From Cladosporium halotolerans (Eukaryota): DNA of 64,000 nt. The DNA lies in NCBI RefSeq assembly GCF_011745625.1, contig NW_027191477.1:1-64000 (forward strand), given 5' to 3'. Positions 46,118-57,795 of the stretch are shown piece by piece. The notes under the pieces are model-generated. The model saw only the letters and a list, made by a program, of their open reading frames with translations. It was not told the origin of the DNA and searched no databases. The number at the start of each line of letters is the position of its first letter. Within the stretch, counting starts at the first letter, position 1. The position numbers were made by a program, and so were the translations under genes.

Positions 46118-48229
46118 TCAAATAACCAGATACAAGCTTGTCAAAAAGCTCGGCCCGACAAATAATCCCAGCCAAAAGATAACATTCCCCAGCACCGTCC
46201 TCCCCTTCAACAACTTCGTCCTCGAGAGCGTGACAAGCGGCATCTGCAGCAACTGCATCGTGAACAGATAACCCCTGACCTTCTTGAACAGGATCGCCAT
46301 GCAAAGTTCATGAACCAGAGCGCTGAGCAAGAAAGTCACGAACGTCGCGGCGTTGCGGCTCAGATGGAAACTGCTGATACTCGAATGGTAGACGTGGCGG
46401 AGCAAGAAATTATGCACGGGCCGGTTCCAGTCGCGCGCGTACTGGTCCCAGGAGACAGAATTCCACCAGTCGCCGTAGAAGCCGCGGTCGGCGAAGCGCG
46501 TGAGCTCCGCGAGGACGTTGAGGATGCACTCCCAGATGACGTACCAGGTGAGGAGCTGCTCGATGAGGAGCGGGAAGAGCATCTCGGAGACGATGAAAGG
46601 GAACTCCTTCCAGCGCTCTTCGATCGGCATGCCGGCTTCCTTCATGGCGACGGTGCGGGCGACGGGCGGGTAGATGAAAGCCTGGGAGATGACCATCATG
46701 ACGCAGAGGACGCCGAAGGTGGCGGTGGTTTTCTCCGCGACGTACCACCAGTTGGTGCGCTCTTGGCGGGGATAGTCGAGCTCGTAGACAAGGGTTGGGA
46801 GGCAGATGAACTCGGCGAAGTTGGCGAGGCGGAGGTTTGAGGGGTAGGTGTTGTGCCGGTCGGGACACGGCATTTTGCCCTCGAGCTGTTTGTCTAGGTC
46901 GGCGATCTCGGAGTTGATGACGCTCTGGAATGCTTGAAGTTGGGCGAGGTCGAAGGGACGACCAGATTCGATGGCGGAGGCGACAGTGGCAACGTCGGAT
47001 TTCTCGGTGGCTAGGTTTGTGCTGGTGCGGAGCATGGAAGGGCGGCGGTTCTTCAGGCTGCCGTTGGATTGACCAACGATGTCTGCACTCTCGGTCTTGC
47101 CCTGATCTCTGGGCACCGGCTGAGCAAGCTCGAGCTGCTTGAGCTTTCGTTGCAGTGCTTTCCTTCGGCGGCTCACACTCGAAAGATAGCCGTTGTAGAA
47201 AGCAAAGCTATGCATCTTCATGATGAAGACTAGGCAGTGCAGGAAGATGAAGATAGAGTGGGTCCACGGCCACTCACGAAACCACGTCCACCAGATGACA
47301 GTTCCAAGGTACACGGATTGCCAGATGTTCTGAATGATCCAGCCTTGTCTAGCCCAGCTGATATAATCCTTTTGCACAAGCTTCTGGAGAAGGAAAGCCT
47401 CGACGGTTGCAGCACACATGACGCCGTCTGTAATCCCAAGTACCAGGAGGTCACGGCTGAACATCAGCTTCATGATCTGGTTGTTACCCAAAATGCTGCC
47501 GTGATTGCGCCAGTTGCGCATGGAAACCTGAACGAAGATGAGGACCATAGCTAGCCAGAACAAAGTGAAGAAGCCGAAGAAAGGGCTTTCGGATGTGGCT
47601 GGGTTCTGTCGGTCGAACGTAGTGAACTGTCTCGTGAAGACCAGATCTCGGAATCGTGTCCTCGTCTTGTCCTTGGCATCACGCTTCTCCCTTTCGATGC
47701 CTTTTTGCAAGATCTCGCTGATTTCGGGATCGTCGGCCGTCAAGACGTATTCACCTTTAACGCCAGTCTTTTGCAGCTTGACTTGGATGCTCCTCCTGCG
47801 ATTCAGGCCGCCGTCGCTGCCAGGCTCAGACTGCCGCCGTGTCTGTCCTCCGCCATTCTCAACATTAGGCCTGTAGGACTCGTCCAAGCTCTTCCTCGTG
47901 TTTGCGACGAGCGTGTCCGGGTCGAGTTGGATGTCATCGTAGTCTTCTATTTCATCACTCGACTCTTGGTCTACAATAGCCGAGTCGGATTTGGAGCGTG
48001 AGGCGAAGTCCTGCTTGTGCACGCCGTTGCCGTTGCTCGGTGCGTGGCCATCGCCGTGACCGTTGCCGTTGCTGGGAGCGGTGTTTTCGGTATTGGAGGG
48101 TGATGCAGACGCAAGACTGGGCTGCAGCTCAGCAATGCTATTCCGGCCTAGCTTGCCGACCAACTGTGGTGCGTCGAGAGTATCATGGTGCTGCAAGTGC
48201 GGGCGGGATGCGGGCTGCGCGTCAGACAT
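46118..48229 (-). CDS. ARE2: Sterol O-acyltransferase (MBOAT, ACAT/ARE)
   Basis: MKMHSFAFYN, PTLVYELDYPR, FADRGFYGDWWNS, WNRPVHNFLLRHVY and SALVHE. Confidence 0.92.
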   Translation of the reverse strand: MSDAQPASRPHLQHHDTLDAPQLVGKLGRNSIAELQPSLASASPSNTENTAPSNGNGHGDGHAPSNGNGVHKQDFASRSKSDSAIVDQESSDEIEDYDDIQLDPDTLVANTRKSLDESYRPNVENGGGQTRRQSEPGSDGGLNRRRSIQVKLQKTGVKGEYVLTADDPEISEILQKGIEREKRDAKDKTRTRFRDLVFTRQFTTFDRQNPATSESPFFGFFTLFWLAMVLIFVQVSMRNWRNHGSILGNNQIMKLMFSRDLLVLGITDGVMCAATVEAFLLQKLVQKDYISWARQGWIIQNIWQSVYLGTVIWWTWFREWPWTHSIFIFLHCLVFIMKMHSFAFYNGYLSSVSRRRKALQRKLKQLELAQPVPRDQGKTESADIVGQSNGSLKNRRPSMLRTSTNLATEKSDVATVASAIESGRPFDLAQLQAFQSVINSEIADLDKQLEGKMPCPDRHNTYPSNLRLANFAEFICLPTLVYELDYPRQERTNWWYVAEKTTATFGVLCVMMVISQAFIYPPVARTVAMKEAGMPIEERWKEFPFIVSEMLFPLLIEQLLTWYVIWECILNVLAELTRFADRGFYGDWWNSVSWDQYARDWNRPVHNFLLRHVYHSSISSFHLSRNAATFVTFLLSALVHELCMAILFKKVRGYLFTMQLLQMPLVTLSRTKLLKGRTVLGNVIFWLGLFVGPSFLTSLYLVI

Positions 48230-49109
48230 GGCGGATGCTGACGCGGCGGTGTTGCGACGATGCAGTGCTCGGGACAAGATCACAAGGCAGAGGAGAGGAG
48301 ATGCATGATGGACGTCGGGTGAGGTGGATGTCGGTGGCTACGCCATCAGGCAAGGGTGATTACTCGCGCAGGCGAAGGCAGGCGATGGCGAGCAGTGCAC
48401 CGCAGCGCCCAGGCCAAAGGCCAAAGCGTTCGCAAGGATGACGTCCGTCGCCTTCCGCCGCCCCAAGCCACATGGCCGCCCGTAGTTTCAGCCCTACGAG
48501 TGCCGAGGACGGCCAATGATGGTGGCAGAAACGGCCATTCGCCGGATGACCTTGGGGCTCGTTTATCTGATCTCTGGATGATGTTGCGGTGCAGGACCGT
48601 GTTGCACATGCGGCAAATTTTTGATTGTACATGCATACGTACTTCTTGTGAGAACATCACCCCCAGCTCCTCGTCATCCTGCTTCTGTCATTTCCTACCA
48701 CCAATTCCCACCGCGCCTACTCGTCCGCCAAGCTGGTTGAAACTTGAGGCGTGCGATGTGATATCTTTTGGCGTTGCGTGGCGTGTGGTGGCCTGAGGTG
48801 TCTCGGCAGACGGGCCGACGACGGACAGGCATCCAGGCAGCCACAGCCGACGGCGCGGACGACGTGGGTTTGGCGGGGCAGAACGAGGGGACCCTGGCTT
48901 TGCCTGGCTTTGCCTGGCGCGCCGGGCGGGCGTTGCTCTCTGCAGCAAGAGAAAAAGACGAGGTGGGGCTGGCAGACCGAGCATCTTGACCGGCACCAGA
49001 CCAGCATTGCGACACACCACAGCAACATCCTCATACTCACCATATACCCTCTCCTCCCAGCATATCCTTCACACACCTCTACAGTAGCACATCAATTCTT
49101 TCGCCCACA

Positions 49110-50492
49110 ATGTCCGGCGAGACGACCGAGAAGCAGGACGTCGCCATGGCCGCCGGCGTCGACCTCGACACCACCAACGACGAGATCCTCCTGGCCGCCA
49201 CCAACCACGACATTGAGACTCTCCGCCGTCTTCTGGGCAGCGACGTCGGTGCTGCAAACGTGCAAGACCCTGACACCGGCTTTGCGCCCTTACACGCCGC
49301 CGTCGCTGCGTGCGAAGCAGACGATGAGGAAATGAAAGACGCCGACGGCGAGGGCGGACTTGTTCACGGCGCGGCACTTGGCGAGGAGTCCTGCCTGCAG
49401 ACTGTCCAGCTGCTCTTCGAGAACGGCGCCATCTGGAACGAGCTGGACAACAACGACGAGACACCCGGATGCATTGCCAACAGACTCAAGCTGAAGACCG
49501 TCTACGAGGCTATTGTGCAGGCTGGCATGAGGGCGGAGCTGCTGTTCAACCGTCTAGACGCCTTCGCACCTTTGGTTGAGGAGGACTCAGAGGAAGAGGA
49601 CGAGGACGAAAAGATTGAGGGCTTCGAGCCTTCGCCTGCTGGCGTTGAGGTTCCTGTCGCAACTGGAAACGGCGACGTGCACGACCCTGTGGAAGGCTTC
49701 GAGCCGACTCCCAACCCCAGCAAAGACGCCGCAGCCGACGAGACCGACTCTAGCGTGCCTACTCTCGTCCAGACCACAGCCAATGGCGAGACCGTCCAGC
49801 CCACGGAGCTCGCAAACCCGAACGTCAACAGCGAAGACTACCTGGCCTCCGACCTCGAATACTCGGGCGACCGCCTGCTCGACTCGGACAAGAACGCCGT
49901 GATGATGGACTGGGAGACGGAGATCATGTTCAAGTCCGTCGACAAGCTGGTCGGCGACCGCACCGGCCTGCGCACCATGAACGTCGGCTTCGGCATGGGT
50001 ATCGTCGACGGAGCATTCCTGGCCAAAGACCCCGCCATGCACCACATTATCGAAGCGCACCCGCAAGTTCACAAGCGCATGCGCGAGAACGGCTGGTACG
50101 ACAAGCCCAACGTGACCGTTCACGAGGGCAGGTGGCAGGACATTCTCCCCAAGCTTGTCGAGGAGGGCGTGGTGTTGGACGGGATTTACTTCGACACGTA
50201 CGCGGAGGACTACAAAGACCTCAAGATCTTCTTCCAAGACTACGTGATCGCGCTGCTGGACAGCAAGGGTCTTTTCGGCTTCTACAACGGGCTGGGAGCC
50301 GACAGGCAGGTGTGCTACGATGTGTACACGCGCATTGTCGAGATCGATCTGTTCGAGGCGGGTATGGACACCGAATGGATCGACATTCAGGTGCCGGATC
50401 TGGACAGCAAGGACGAGTGGAAGGGCGTCAGGCACAAGTACTGGGACAACGTGAACCCGTACCGCCTGCCGACGTGCAAGTTCCTGGGCTGA
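49110..50492 (+). CDS. RMT2: Protein arginine N-methyltransferase 2
   Basis: N-terminal ankyrin-like segment, VMMDWETEIM, NVGFGMGIVD, IIEAHP, GRWQD, GIYFDTYAE and FYNGLGAD. Confidence 0.93.
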   Translation: MSGETTEKQDVAMAAGVDLDTTNDEILLAATNHDIETLRRLLGSDVGAANVQDPDTGFAPLHAAVAACEADDEEMKDADGEGGLVHGAALGEESCLQTVQLLFENGAIWNELDNNDETPGCIANRLKLKTVYEAIVQAGMRAELLFNRLDAFAPLVEEDSEEEDEDEKIEGFEPSPAGVEVPVATGNGDVHDPVEGFEPTPNPSKDAAADETDSSVPTLVQTTANGETVQPTELANPNVNSEDYLASDLEYSGDRLLDSDKNAVMMDWETEIMFKSVDKLVGDRTGLRTMNVGFGMGIVDGAFLAKDPAMHHIIEAHPQVHKRMRENGWYDKPNVTVHEGRWQDILPKLVEEGVVLDGIYFDTYAEDYKDLKIFFQDYVIALLDSKGLFGFYNGLGADRQVCYDVYTRIVEIDLFEAGMDTEWIDIQVPDLDSKDEWKGVRHKYWDNVNPYRLPTCKFLG

Positions 50493-50594
50493 AGGGAAGA
50501 AAAGTTGGGAAAAAGGAAAAGGGAAAAAGGAAAATACAATACCCCAGCAAAATGAAACGAAATGTCATCCACGTCCAGCATCTTCAATGTTTCA

Positions 50595-51734
50595 TTACGC
50601 CCCACTCTTCGCTTGCTTCGGCCGCTCCGGCAAGTCCACCTTCACCCCGGGATCCCCTTTCCTCCTCTCCTCCCACCCTCCCAGCAATCCATTGCTCTCC
50701 ACATTCCCTATCCCACCAGCCTTCCTCGCCTGCTCCACTCCCACAACAGGTAGTCTCTCGACCCCTTTCTCTTTCCAACTCCCCGGTACGACCTTGGGAT
50801 CTAGCAAGCCCACCTGCACAAGCACACCCGCCTGATCCCAGTAGACATTCTCCTGCGCCAATTTCCCCCCTCTAACCGTCACGACCGACACAAGCGGAAA
50901 ACTAACCTGCTTCTGACTCGGAGGCACACCCGGTAGAAGCCAAGGTATTTGCGCCGTATGTTTGAACGAAAGCACAAACTCATCCACAACCCGATCAGAC
51001 CCAATCGTCCTACTAAGCAACTTCAACTTCGCCGAAGGCGGCAACGCGCCCAGAAAATAATCCCTATAAAACACAAACAAATCCCTCTGCCCGACACCCC
51101 CCGTCAGCGTCGGGAGGTAAATGACCTCGGGCGGCGCCTCGCTCCCCGTCGTCATATTCCTCACGACCTCCGCCGCACTGCCCCCAAACCCCGCCCTCTT
51201 GTGCGCCTCGCGCACGCCCTCCAGCTCCACAGACGCATCCTGCTTGAAGGCCCTCCTCAGCACAGCAAGCGTGCGGCTCCAGGACAGACTCGCCGCGACG
51301 GCATCGTACTCGTCCAGATCCGCCTCGGCGAAGCCGGGCTCCGCGCCCGCGCCGTACGTATAGGACGTCCAAGCCGGGGCGAAACTCTGCGAGGCAGCGA
51401 GGTGCGTGAGAACCTGCAGACTCGGGGGAAAAATGGCCTTGGGGTTGGCGATGGCGGTGGGGTAGTAAGCGACGAGGGCGCAGACGTGGGGTTGGGGGGA
51501 AGCGTAGAAGTCGAGGGCGGCGGTGGCGGCGGCGCCGAAGGCGAGGAGGGCGTAGGACTCGCCGATTTCGAGGTCGTCGGCGATGTGGCGGAGGGGGGTG
51601 AGGTCGATTTTGGAGGAGCCTTTGGGCGGGAGGAGAGGGATGTAGGATGTGGAGAAGCCTTCGGAGCGCAGGAGGGAGATGAGGGAGGAGTCGAAGGAGG
51701 GGTCGTCGCTGGCTATGTGCACGCGGGGTGGCAT
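50595..51734 (-). CDS. Dienelactone hydrolase-like / SnoaL(NTF2)-like fusion protein
   Basis: ALVAYYP, PGFAE, LSWSRTL, PTLTGGVG, SRTIGSDRVVDE, IPWLLPGVPP and ENVYWDQAGVLVQVGLLDP. Confidence 0.8.
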   Translation of the reverse strand: MPPRVHIASDDPSFDSSLISLLRSEGFSTSYIPLLPPKGSSKIDLTPLRHIADDLEIGESYALLAFGAAATAALDFYASPQPHVCALVAYYPTAIANPKAIFPPSLQVLTHLAASQSFAPAWTSYTYGAGAEPGFAEADLDEYDAVAASLSWSRTLAVLRRAFKQDASVELEGVREAHKRAGFGGSAAEVVRNMTTGSEAPPEVIYLPTLTGGVGQRDLFVFYRDYFLGALPPSAKLKLLSRTIGSDRVVDEFVLSFKHTAQIPWLLPGVPPSQKQVSFPLVSVVTVRGGKLAQENVYWDQAGVLVQVGLLDPKVVPGSWKEKGVERLPVVGVEQARKAGGIGNVESNGLLGGWEERRKGDPGVKVDLPERPKQAKSGA

Positions 51735-51836
51735 TCTGGTGTTGTGGCGTCGTTAGCGTCGGGTGGTGGCTTGATGGACGGTCTTGAGGGTGAGGTATGC
51801 GCGCGGGTCAATTGAGATGACAGTGTGAAGAAAGCG

Positions 51837-51839
<3 letters not shown>

Positions 51840-51875
<36 letters not shown>
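51840..51875. repeat. (GA)n microsatellite, about 18 units
   Basis: Perfect GA run directly visible. Confidence 0.97.
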
Positions 51876-51878
<3 letters not shown>

Positions 51879-52687
51879 TGGCGATGCGCACGCTACCTAC
51901 TTGTTGAAACTGAGAAAGCCGCTGCCGAGACTTGGGGTGATGTTGCTCATAGCTAGAGCTGCACCAGGTCGAAGCGGGTGCAGGTGGAGTGAGGGGCAAA
52001 ATGATCGATGGTGCTTATCTTATCACCAGAAGCTCCAAAAGCCGTTGGCAATGGCGTAGGGCTGCAGCAGCGTCGCACGGCCGTTTATATCAACTCGAAG
52101 GTCGCGAACGGCAGCGAGGCGAGCAGATTGCGTCAGACACGGGTGGATGTGGGAGGGAAAGCAAGGCACCACGCGGCAGACAGCGACACCCTGGCTCGCA
52201 TTGGCAGTGGGCGGAATGCTGGGATGCTGGCATTCGTCACGGCGGCAGAGGGGGCATGGCAGGTATCCAGGTATCTCGCGCCTGAAACACGCCACCCCAA
52301 AGCTTCGGCATGCCGTAACCCTAACCCTAAGCCTTGCAAATTATGACGCTGGGCCGATCCGATGCGATGCTAGTGAGGTTGAATGCCGGCTGCCGTTGTG
52401 CGCCTTCGGTTATGCGGACAGACTGCGATCAAACAATCATTTGTTCAACTAATTTCCTGAATAAAGCAAACTTCTAGAAAGATACAAACCAGGCGTCAAA
52501 AGATTTCTGCGAAGCCCATCAGGTCACTTTCGGCCATCATCGAAACTTCTACACGGACACCAACCACGCCACCACCATCAACTTCATCCGCTCTCTAACC
52601 TCCGCCATAGGTCGCAAACACAAACCGCACCGGCAAGCGGCCTCAAAACGTTCCCGGCCGCGAAACCGTATCGGCCAGCTCTTCAGA

Positions 52688-53848
52688 ATGGGCCAAGAAG
52701 AAAGCTCCCCCGTGGACGAATCCGTCCCGCCCACAGTCCTCACAAGCCGCAATCTCTCAGGAATCGCAGAATACATCCGCGCCGGCAAAGCACGCAGCGT
52801 AACCGTCATGGTCGGCGCAGGCATCAGCACCTCCGCCGGAATTCCCGACTTTCGCTCGCCAGACACAGGCCTCTACGCCAACCTCGCCCGCCTCGAACTC
52901 CCCTACGCCGAAGCCGTCTTCGACATCGACTACTTCCGCTCCAAACCCGAGCCCTTCTACACGCTCGCGCAAGAGCTCTACCCCGGCCGCTACCGCCCCA
53001 CCGTAACGCACAGCTTCATCAGACTCCTGCACGACAAAGGCCTCCTGCTCAAGCTCTTCACGCAAAACATCGACTGCCTCGAGCGCGAAGCCGGCGTGCC
53101 GGGCTCCAAAATCGTCGAAGCGCATGGCTCCTTCGCGCGGCAGAGCTGCATCGAGTGCAAGACGGCGTACTCCTCGGACGAAATCCGGCAGCACATCGAC
53201 GCGCGGACGATCCCGCGGTGCCACGACTGCAGCGGGCTGGTGAAGCCCGAGATCGTGTTCTTCGGGGAAGCGCTGCCGTCGGCGTTTTTCGAGAACAGGC
53301 ATTTGCCTGAGGAAGCGGACTTGACGATCGTGATGGGCACGAGTTTGACAGTGCAGCCGTTTGCGAGCCTGCCGCAGTTGGCGCAGCAGGGGAAGCCGCG
53401 GATTCTGATTAACAAGGAGGCTGTTGGTGGGCTGGGGTCGCGGCCGGATGATGTGCTACTGTTGGGCGACTGTGATGCGGGTGTACGCAAATTGGCGGAG
53501 GCGTGTGGGTGGGGCGAGGAGTTGGAAGCACTGTGGGCAGCTACGGCTCCTGCGGTCTCGGAAGAGTCACAAGTGGAGAAGACGAAGGACGAAAAGCTGG
53601 AGGACGAGATCAGTAAACTCACCTCGGAAGTCGACGAGTCGCTCAATCTGTCGAAGTGGCACCAGGAGAGGGTACGAGGGAGCACAACGATGCCCGTTGA
53701 TTCCCGGCCGAAGTCTGATGTCCAGCCCAGTAGCTCGGGGAAGCCTGGGTTTGGCAACACCCTGCATCAAGATCCAAACGGCAATTTGAGTCACGTCTTC
53801 TTAGGCCAAGCGAGAGATGAGAACAAGGAGACGGATGAGAAGCCTTGA
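52688..53848 (+). CDS. HST2: NAD-dependent deacetylase, sirtuin class I (Hst2/SIRT2)
   Basis: GAGISTSAGIPDFRSPDTGLY, FTQNIDCLE, EAHGSF, two CxxC, KPEIVFFGE and MGTSLTVQPFA. Confidence 0.95.
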   Translation: MGQEESSPVDESVPPTVLTSRNLSGIAEYIRAGKARSVTVMVGAGISTSAGIPDFRSPDTGLYANLARLELPYAEAVFDIDYFRSKPEPFYTLAQELYPGRYRPTVTHSFIRLLHDKGLLLKLFTQNIDCLEREAGVPGSKIVEAHGSFARQSCIECKTAYSSDEIRQHIDARTIPRCHDCSGLVKPEIVFFGEALPSAFFENRHLPEEADLTIVMGTSLTVQPFASLPQLAQQGKPRILINKEAVGGLGSRPDDVLLLGDCDAGVRKLAEACGWGEELEALWAATAPAVSEESQVEKTKDEKLEDEISKLTSEVDESLNLSKWHQERVRGSTTMPVDSRPKSDVQPSSSGKPGFGNTLHQDPNGNLSHVFLGQARDENKETDEKP

Positions 53849-54266
53849 CGAACCGACCCATCGACAGAACAACATACATAAATCTTACTGTCGGAGTTGG
53901 GCAACCTAGAATTAATACGCTGGAGCAGTCTCGAAGGTCTCACTAATAACATTATAAATTAGAAATGGTTCGTTGCAGCGAAGTCGTCCTTTCCACAACA
54001 GTGCATTGTCTTTTTTGAGCAGTCACCCCTCCAGGCTAGACCTGTAGTACAACTGAGGGGTAGATGCAGTATCTTCAGACTCGTCCACAGAGAACGACCG
54101 ACATCAGCAAGCTCCACGTTACATCGTGGCAGTGACCAAACTATCACAGGCCCAACGCCAGAGATGGATCGAGCGCATATGTAGCCCCAATTCCCACCTC
54201 TGAAACTTTTCCTCACGCGACATTTTGGCAACTTGGCAAAACAAAACATCGAAACGATTAAAGCAC

Positions 54267-55617
54267 ATGATCATGGAGTCACAGACAGAGCCTGAGCCTG
54301 AGCGACTATCTACCTTACTGGAAAGCGAATTTCCATTACCAAATTTCGAGAAACAACAAAACGAATCACATGATGATCGCCGGCTACGAATCAAAGCCGA
54401 AACGGACGCATTCGTCTGGGCGCACACGGAGAAGTACATCGTTGAAGATAGACTACTGGCAGAAGTCTCGCTCGAGCGATACACCGAAGGGTACGAGAGT
54501 CCTCAGGATTCTCTGAAACTGCTCTCTCCACTGGTCAAGGAGTTTTCTGAAACAGAGCCGGCGAGCTTCTACAAGCTGCTCTGCGACAAATTAGTCCCAG
54601 AGTACCAGCAGCTGATCGCCAAGGCAAAGCTCGACAGGAGTCAAGCCCCAAAACCCCAAGAGCGCAGAGTCTACGAGGCTGTAGAGGCCATGGAAGCTCT
54701 GAAGCAAGAGTCCATCCACGGCGAGTATTACGCGCGGAACATGCGCGAGGACTTGGCGCGTTCCTGGGCCAACGGCGAGCACGTCGCGAAATACAGACAC
54801 CTGAGACCAGGCGAGGAACTGCCTGCCGGGGAACGACGACAAGTTGAACGGAATGTCTGCGGCACTAGCATAGCATGAGGGCTACGCGACTTCGACACTT
54901 GCCTTCGCGTCTTCAAGGATCTGCAGGACCAATTGGCATCGTTCCTGGGCCAACGGCGAGCACGTCGCGAAATACAGACACCTGGGACCAGGCGAGGAAC
55001 TGCCTGCCGGGGAACGACGACAAGTTGAACGGAATGTCTGCGGCACCAGCATAGCATGAGGGCTACGCGACTTCGACACTTGCCTTCGCGTCTTCAAGGA
55101 TCTGCCGGACCAATTGGCATCTCTCGATGCTGACGGAGCGATTGAGTTTTACGAAGTCTATCCTGAAGTGAGTATCTAGCGCCTGATGGATTCAATACAG
55201 CACGCTCACAAAACCTACCCCAAGGCCTCGCACGAGTTCCGCAATTTTGTCCAAGGTATAATAGCAGCTGTTCGGAAAGACGGAATTCGACAATACCTTG
55301 GCCAACCCTACAAAAGCCTTTTCGAAGCTCATTTGAAAGCCGTCGAGGTAAGCTGCGCCGTCCAAATCAAATCATTCATACGTCTTGTGCGAAGTAATGA
55401 GGGACTGACATCGATCTGCAACCCTTTTAGGCGATTGACAAGGTTTTCGATACCGCTGTTTGTATGAAGTTGAATGATGGAAAAGCTTGTGAGTGCTTGT
55501 AACATCGATAGAATCGCCCTGGGTAATACTGATGAGTGTGCTGTAGCCAAAATCAAGAGCGAGACTGCAACCACGATCAGGATCTTGAAAGAAGGTCCTG
55601 CCGCAGCTTCTGGATAG
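54267..55617 (+). pseudogene. Hypothetical protein pseudogene (premature TGA plus 181-bp tandem duplication)
   Basis: ORF stops at TGA 54876-54878. Downstream exon-like segments are bounded by canonical introns (GTGAGT at 55168, GTAAGC at 55348, GTGAGT at 55489) and end at TAG 55615-55617. Confidence 0.6.
54759..55120 (+). repeat. Direct tandem duplication, 2 x 181 bp
   Basis: 54759-54939 versus 54940-55120; identical except for 3 substitutions. Confidence 0.97.
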
Positions 55618-55699
55618 AGACTTTTCTTAAAGGGAAGAGAACGCAAATTTCAAGGCGCGTGTCAAGAGCCTATGTGGTAAAGATATGACTTACGGAATT

Positions 55700-56905
55700 T
55701 CACTTGTTCGAAAATAGTGTAGCAAGCCTCAGCTTGATGACACTTTCATTCCAGCGGATTCGAACCTGTCCGAACTGCACGCTTCTACCCATCCACTGAG
55801 CTTGCGTTCCCTCTCCGTCGACGGGTGCGTTTCCGGAATACTTCACATTCCAATAAGCACTGCCACGGGTGTATTTCTTCCACGTTTCAGACCCATGCCT
55901 GAAAACCTCCCTCCGCTTAGCGTACTCGTTCCCCGTAGTCGTTTGAATCGCCCACTCGCCAACAAAAGTAGGAAACTTCCCGTCACCGGCGGCCTTCTCG
56001 CCATCGGAAGTCATAATTGCAGTAACGTTCTGCGGCGTTGAAGGTCTCGCGAAGTAGTACCTGTGAATGTCGAAGACGATCTTCTGCTTCTCATGAAAGA
56101 AAGGCGACCAGAACTGCTCGCCTTGGAACGCATCGAAGAGCATGACTGACAAGTTCGGGTTCGACTTGTGTACACGTTCCATTACGGCGCTGTAGTACTT
56201 CAGCACCCACTGGCTTCCCTTACTTGAGAGGGTTGCGGGCGTGCCAAAAGTCGAGAAATCTCGATTGTCTGTTGGCTCATTGACGGGCTCTAAAGTAAAG
56301 TGTTGGGAATGCCCAGACTGATTGATGAAGTCCAGAACACGATCAATGGTGGCGAGCGAATATTCGAAAGCGGTTTGGTTGTGGAACCAGCTCCACGCGC
56401 CGACGCGCTCTCCAATGTCAAGACCGTTGACGCCGCCTGGCAGAGAATGGATATCCAGTACAACGTGCATTCCGTATTTCGTGATGGCGTAATCCGTGAC
56501 ATTCTTGAGGTACTCAAGCTGATTGCCGTGGTATAATTGCGAGCCGGGGCGCTCAACCCACGTGGCGTAATTGGTCGGGATCCTTAGCAAGTCAATACCG
56601 ACTGCTGCCAGGCCGTCGATATCGCATGGCTTGATCCAAGTTGCGTATCGGCGCTCAAGTGCGGTGCCGCACTGGTTATCTGTTGCGCAAACGCTCCGTT
56701 CGTCGGGTTTATTGCCCGCAAAGTCTGCCCAGAAGCCAGTGTCGATGGTCTTTTCTTGAACGAACCATCCACCCAGGTTGATGCCAGTGGCGGTGAAAGT
56801 CGTTTAATTCACATATTCTGAAGCGTGCACACTGGACACAGAAAGTGGAAGTGCTGCAAGCGCACATATCACGACACTCCGCAGTGTCTTTGAAAGACCC
56901 AACAT
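55700..56905 (-). pseudogene. Secreted GH5 beta-glucanase/glucosidase pseudogene
   Basis: Signal peptide MLGLSKTLRSVVICALAALPLSVSSVHA, then in-frame TAA at 56804-56806. Downstream are GINLGGWFVQE, LRIP, LDIHSLPGGVN, EPVNEP, DIHRYY and FVGEW. Confidence 0.8.
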
Positions 56906-57795
56906 TATGCTCGTAGTGTGAAGAGGGTTTATTCAAGGGTATCTCAAGTTCAACAGCATTCATTTGCTCATGTTGTTCAATGAGGGACGTCAGAGACTTA
57001 TAGATCAACTGTATGCTCCCCTTGGCACGTCTGAGTTTGCGAAGCCGTCATTCGGTGGACGTGCACAAGATGATTGACATGCATCCAGTCCCCCGAATAC
57101 GACACCACTTCTCAGACTCGGGGTCCGGCAGAAGCAACGGCAAGCACATCGTCATGCCTTTCCACGGTGATCGTACCACATTCGTTCTGACACTCTGGAT
57201 AGTCATCTGCCGGCTTAAATTTATGATCAACGATGTCCTCACTAGCTCGCTAAACCATGTCGTCTCGCTAAATCCGTCTTCCCCACGGAGGATAGGGCGA
57301 GAAGCTCGATCCTCACGCTTGGATTGTCACTTGGGGGAAAGTTAGGGCTTCAGAGCATCGACAGCCGAAACGGAAGTCTCTCTACGGCAACACGAGGGAT
57401 GAACTTACAAAAAAAAGGAAAATGCAATTGATTCCTGCTTAGTCAAAGAAATCATAAGCCGGGGTTTGGCGATGGAAAACTATAGGAGCTTTTTGTCGTT
57501 CGCTTTTTCGAAAATGGAGTTCTGGATTATCGATAGCAAGGCTCGGATGTAATGTTCCTTAGACTTTATTGATGAAGGGCTGAATGCGCAGGTTGATGTT
57601 GATTCTGGCAGGCTGAATACCGATGCAATAGGGCGCATAGCATGCATTTGGATTTTCCACCTGGTGGCGCTGCGCTGAGGAGTGGACACCACTGGTATGA
57701 TGCTCTTTGCTCGAATGATTATGAAGACAAGCAACAGTGCGCCACAGATATTCGTGAAGTATGCGTAGCGATCCTCGACAGACCATACGAAGTAA

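Noticed and set aside
48893..48918. CCTGGCTTTG tandem repeat in the ARE2/RMT2 promoter
   Set aside because: Short slippage repeat with no evidence of function.
49587..53760. Long antisense ORFs over RMT2, the dienelactone hydrolase-like gene and HST2 (282, 288, 256 aa)
   Set aside because: Shadow frames expected from high GC3 codon bias; no recognisable motifs.
54759..55120. Repeat considered as an LTR pair or CRISPR-like array
   Set aside because: Two directly abutting copies inside a gene, with no spacer, internal domain or target-site duplication.
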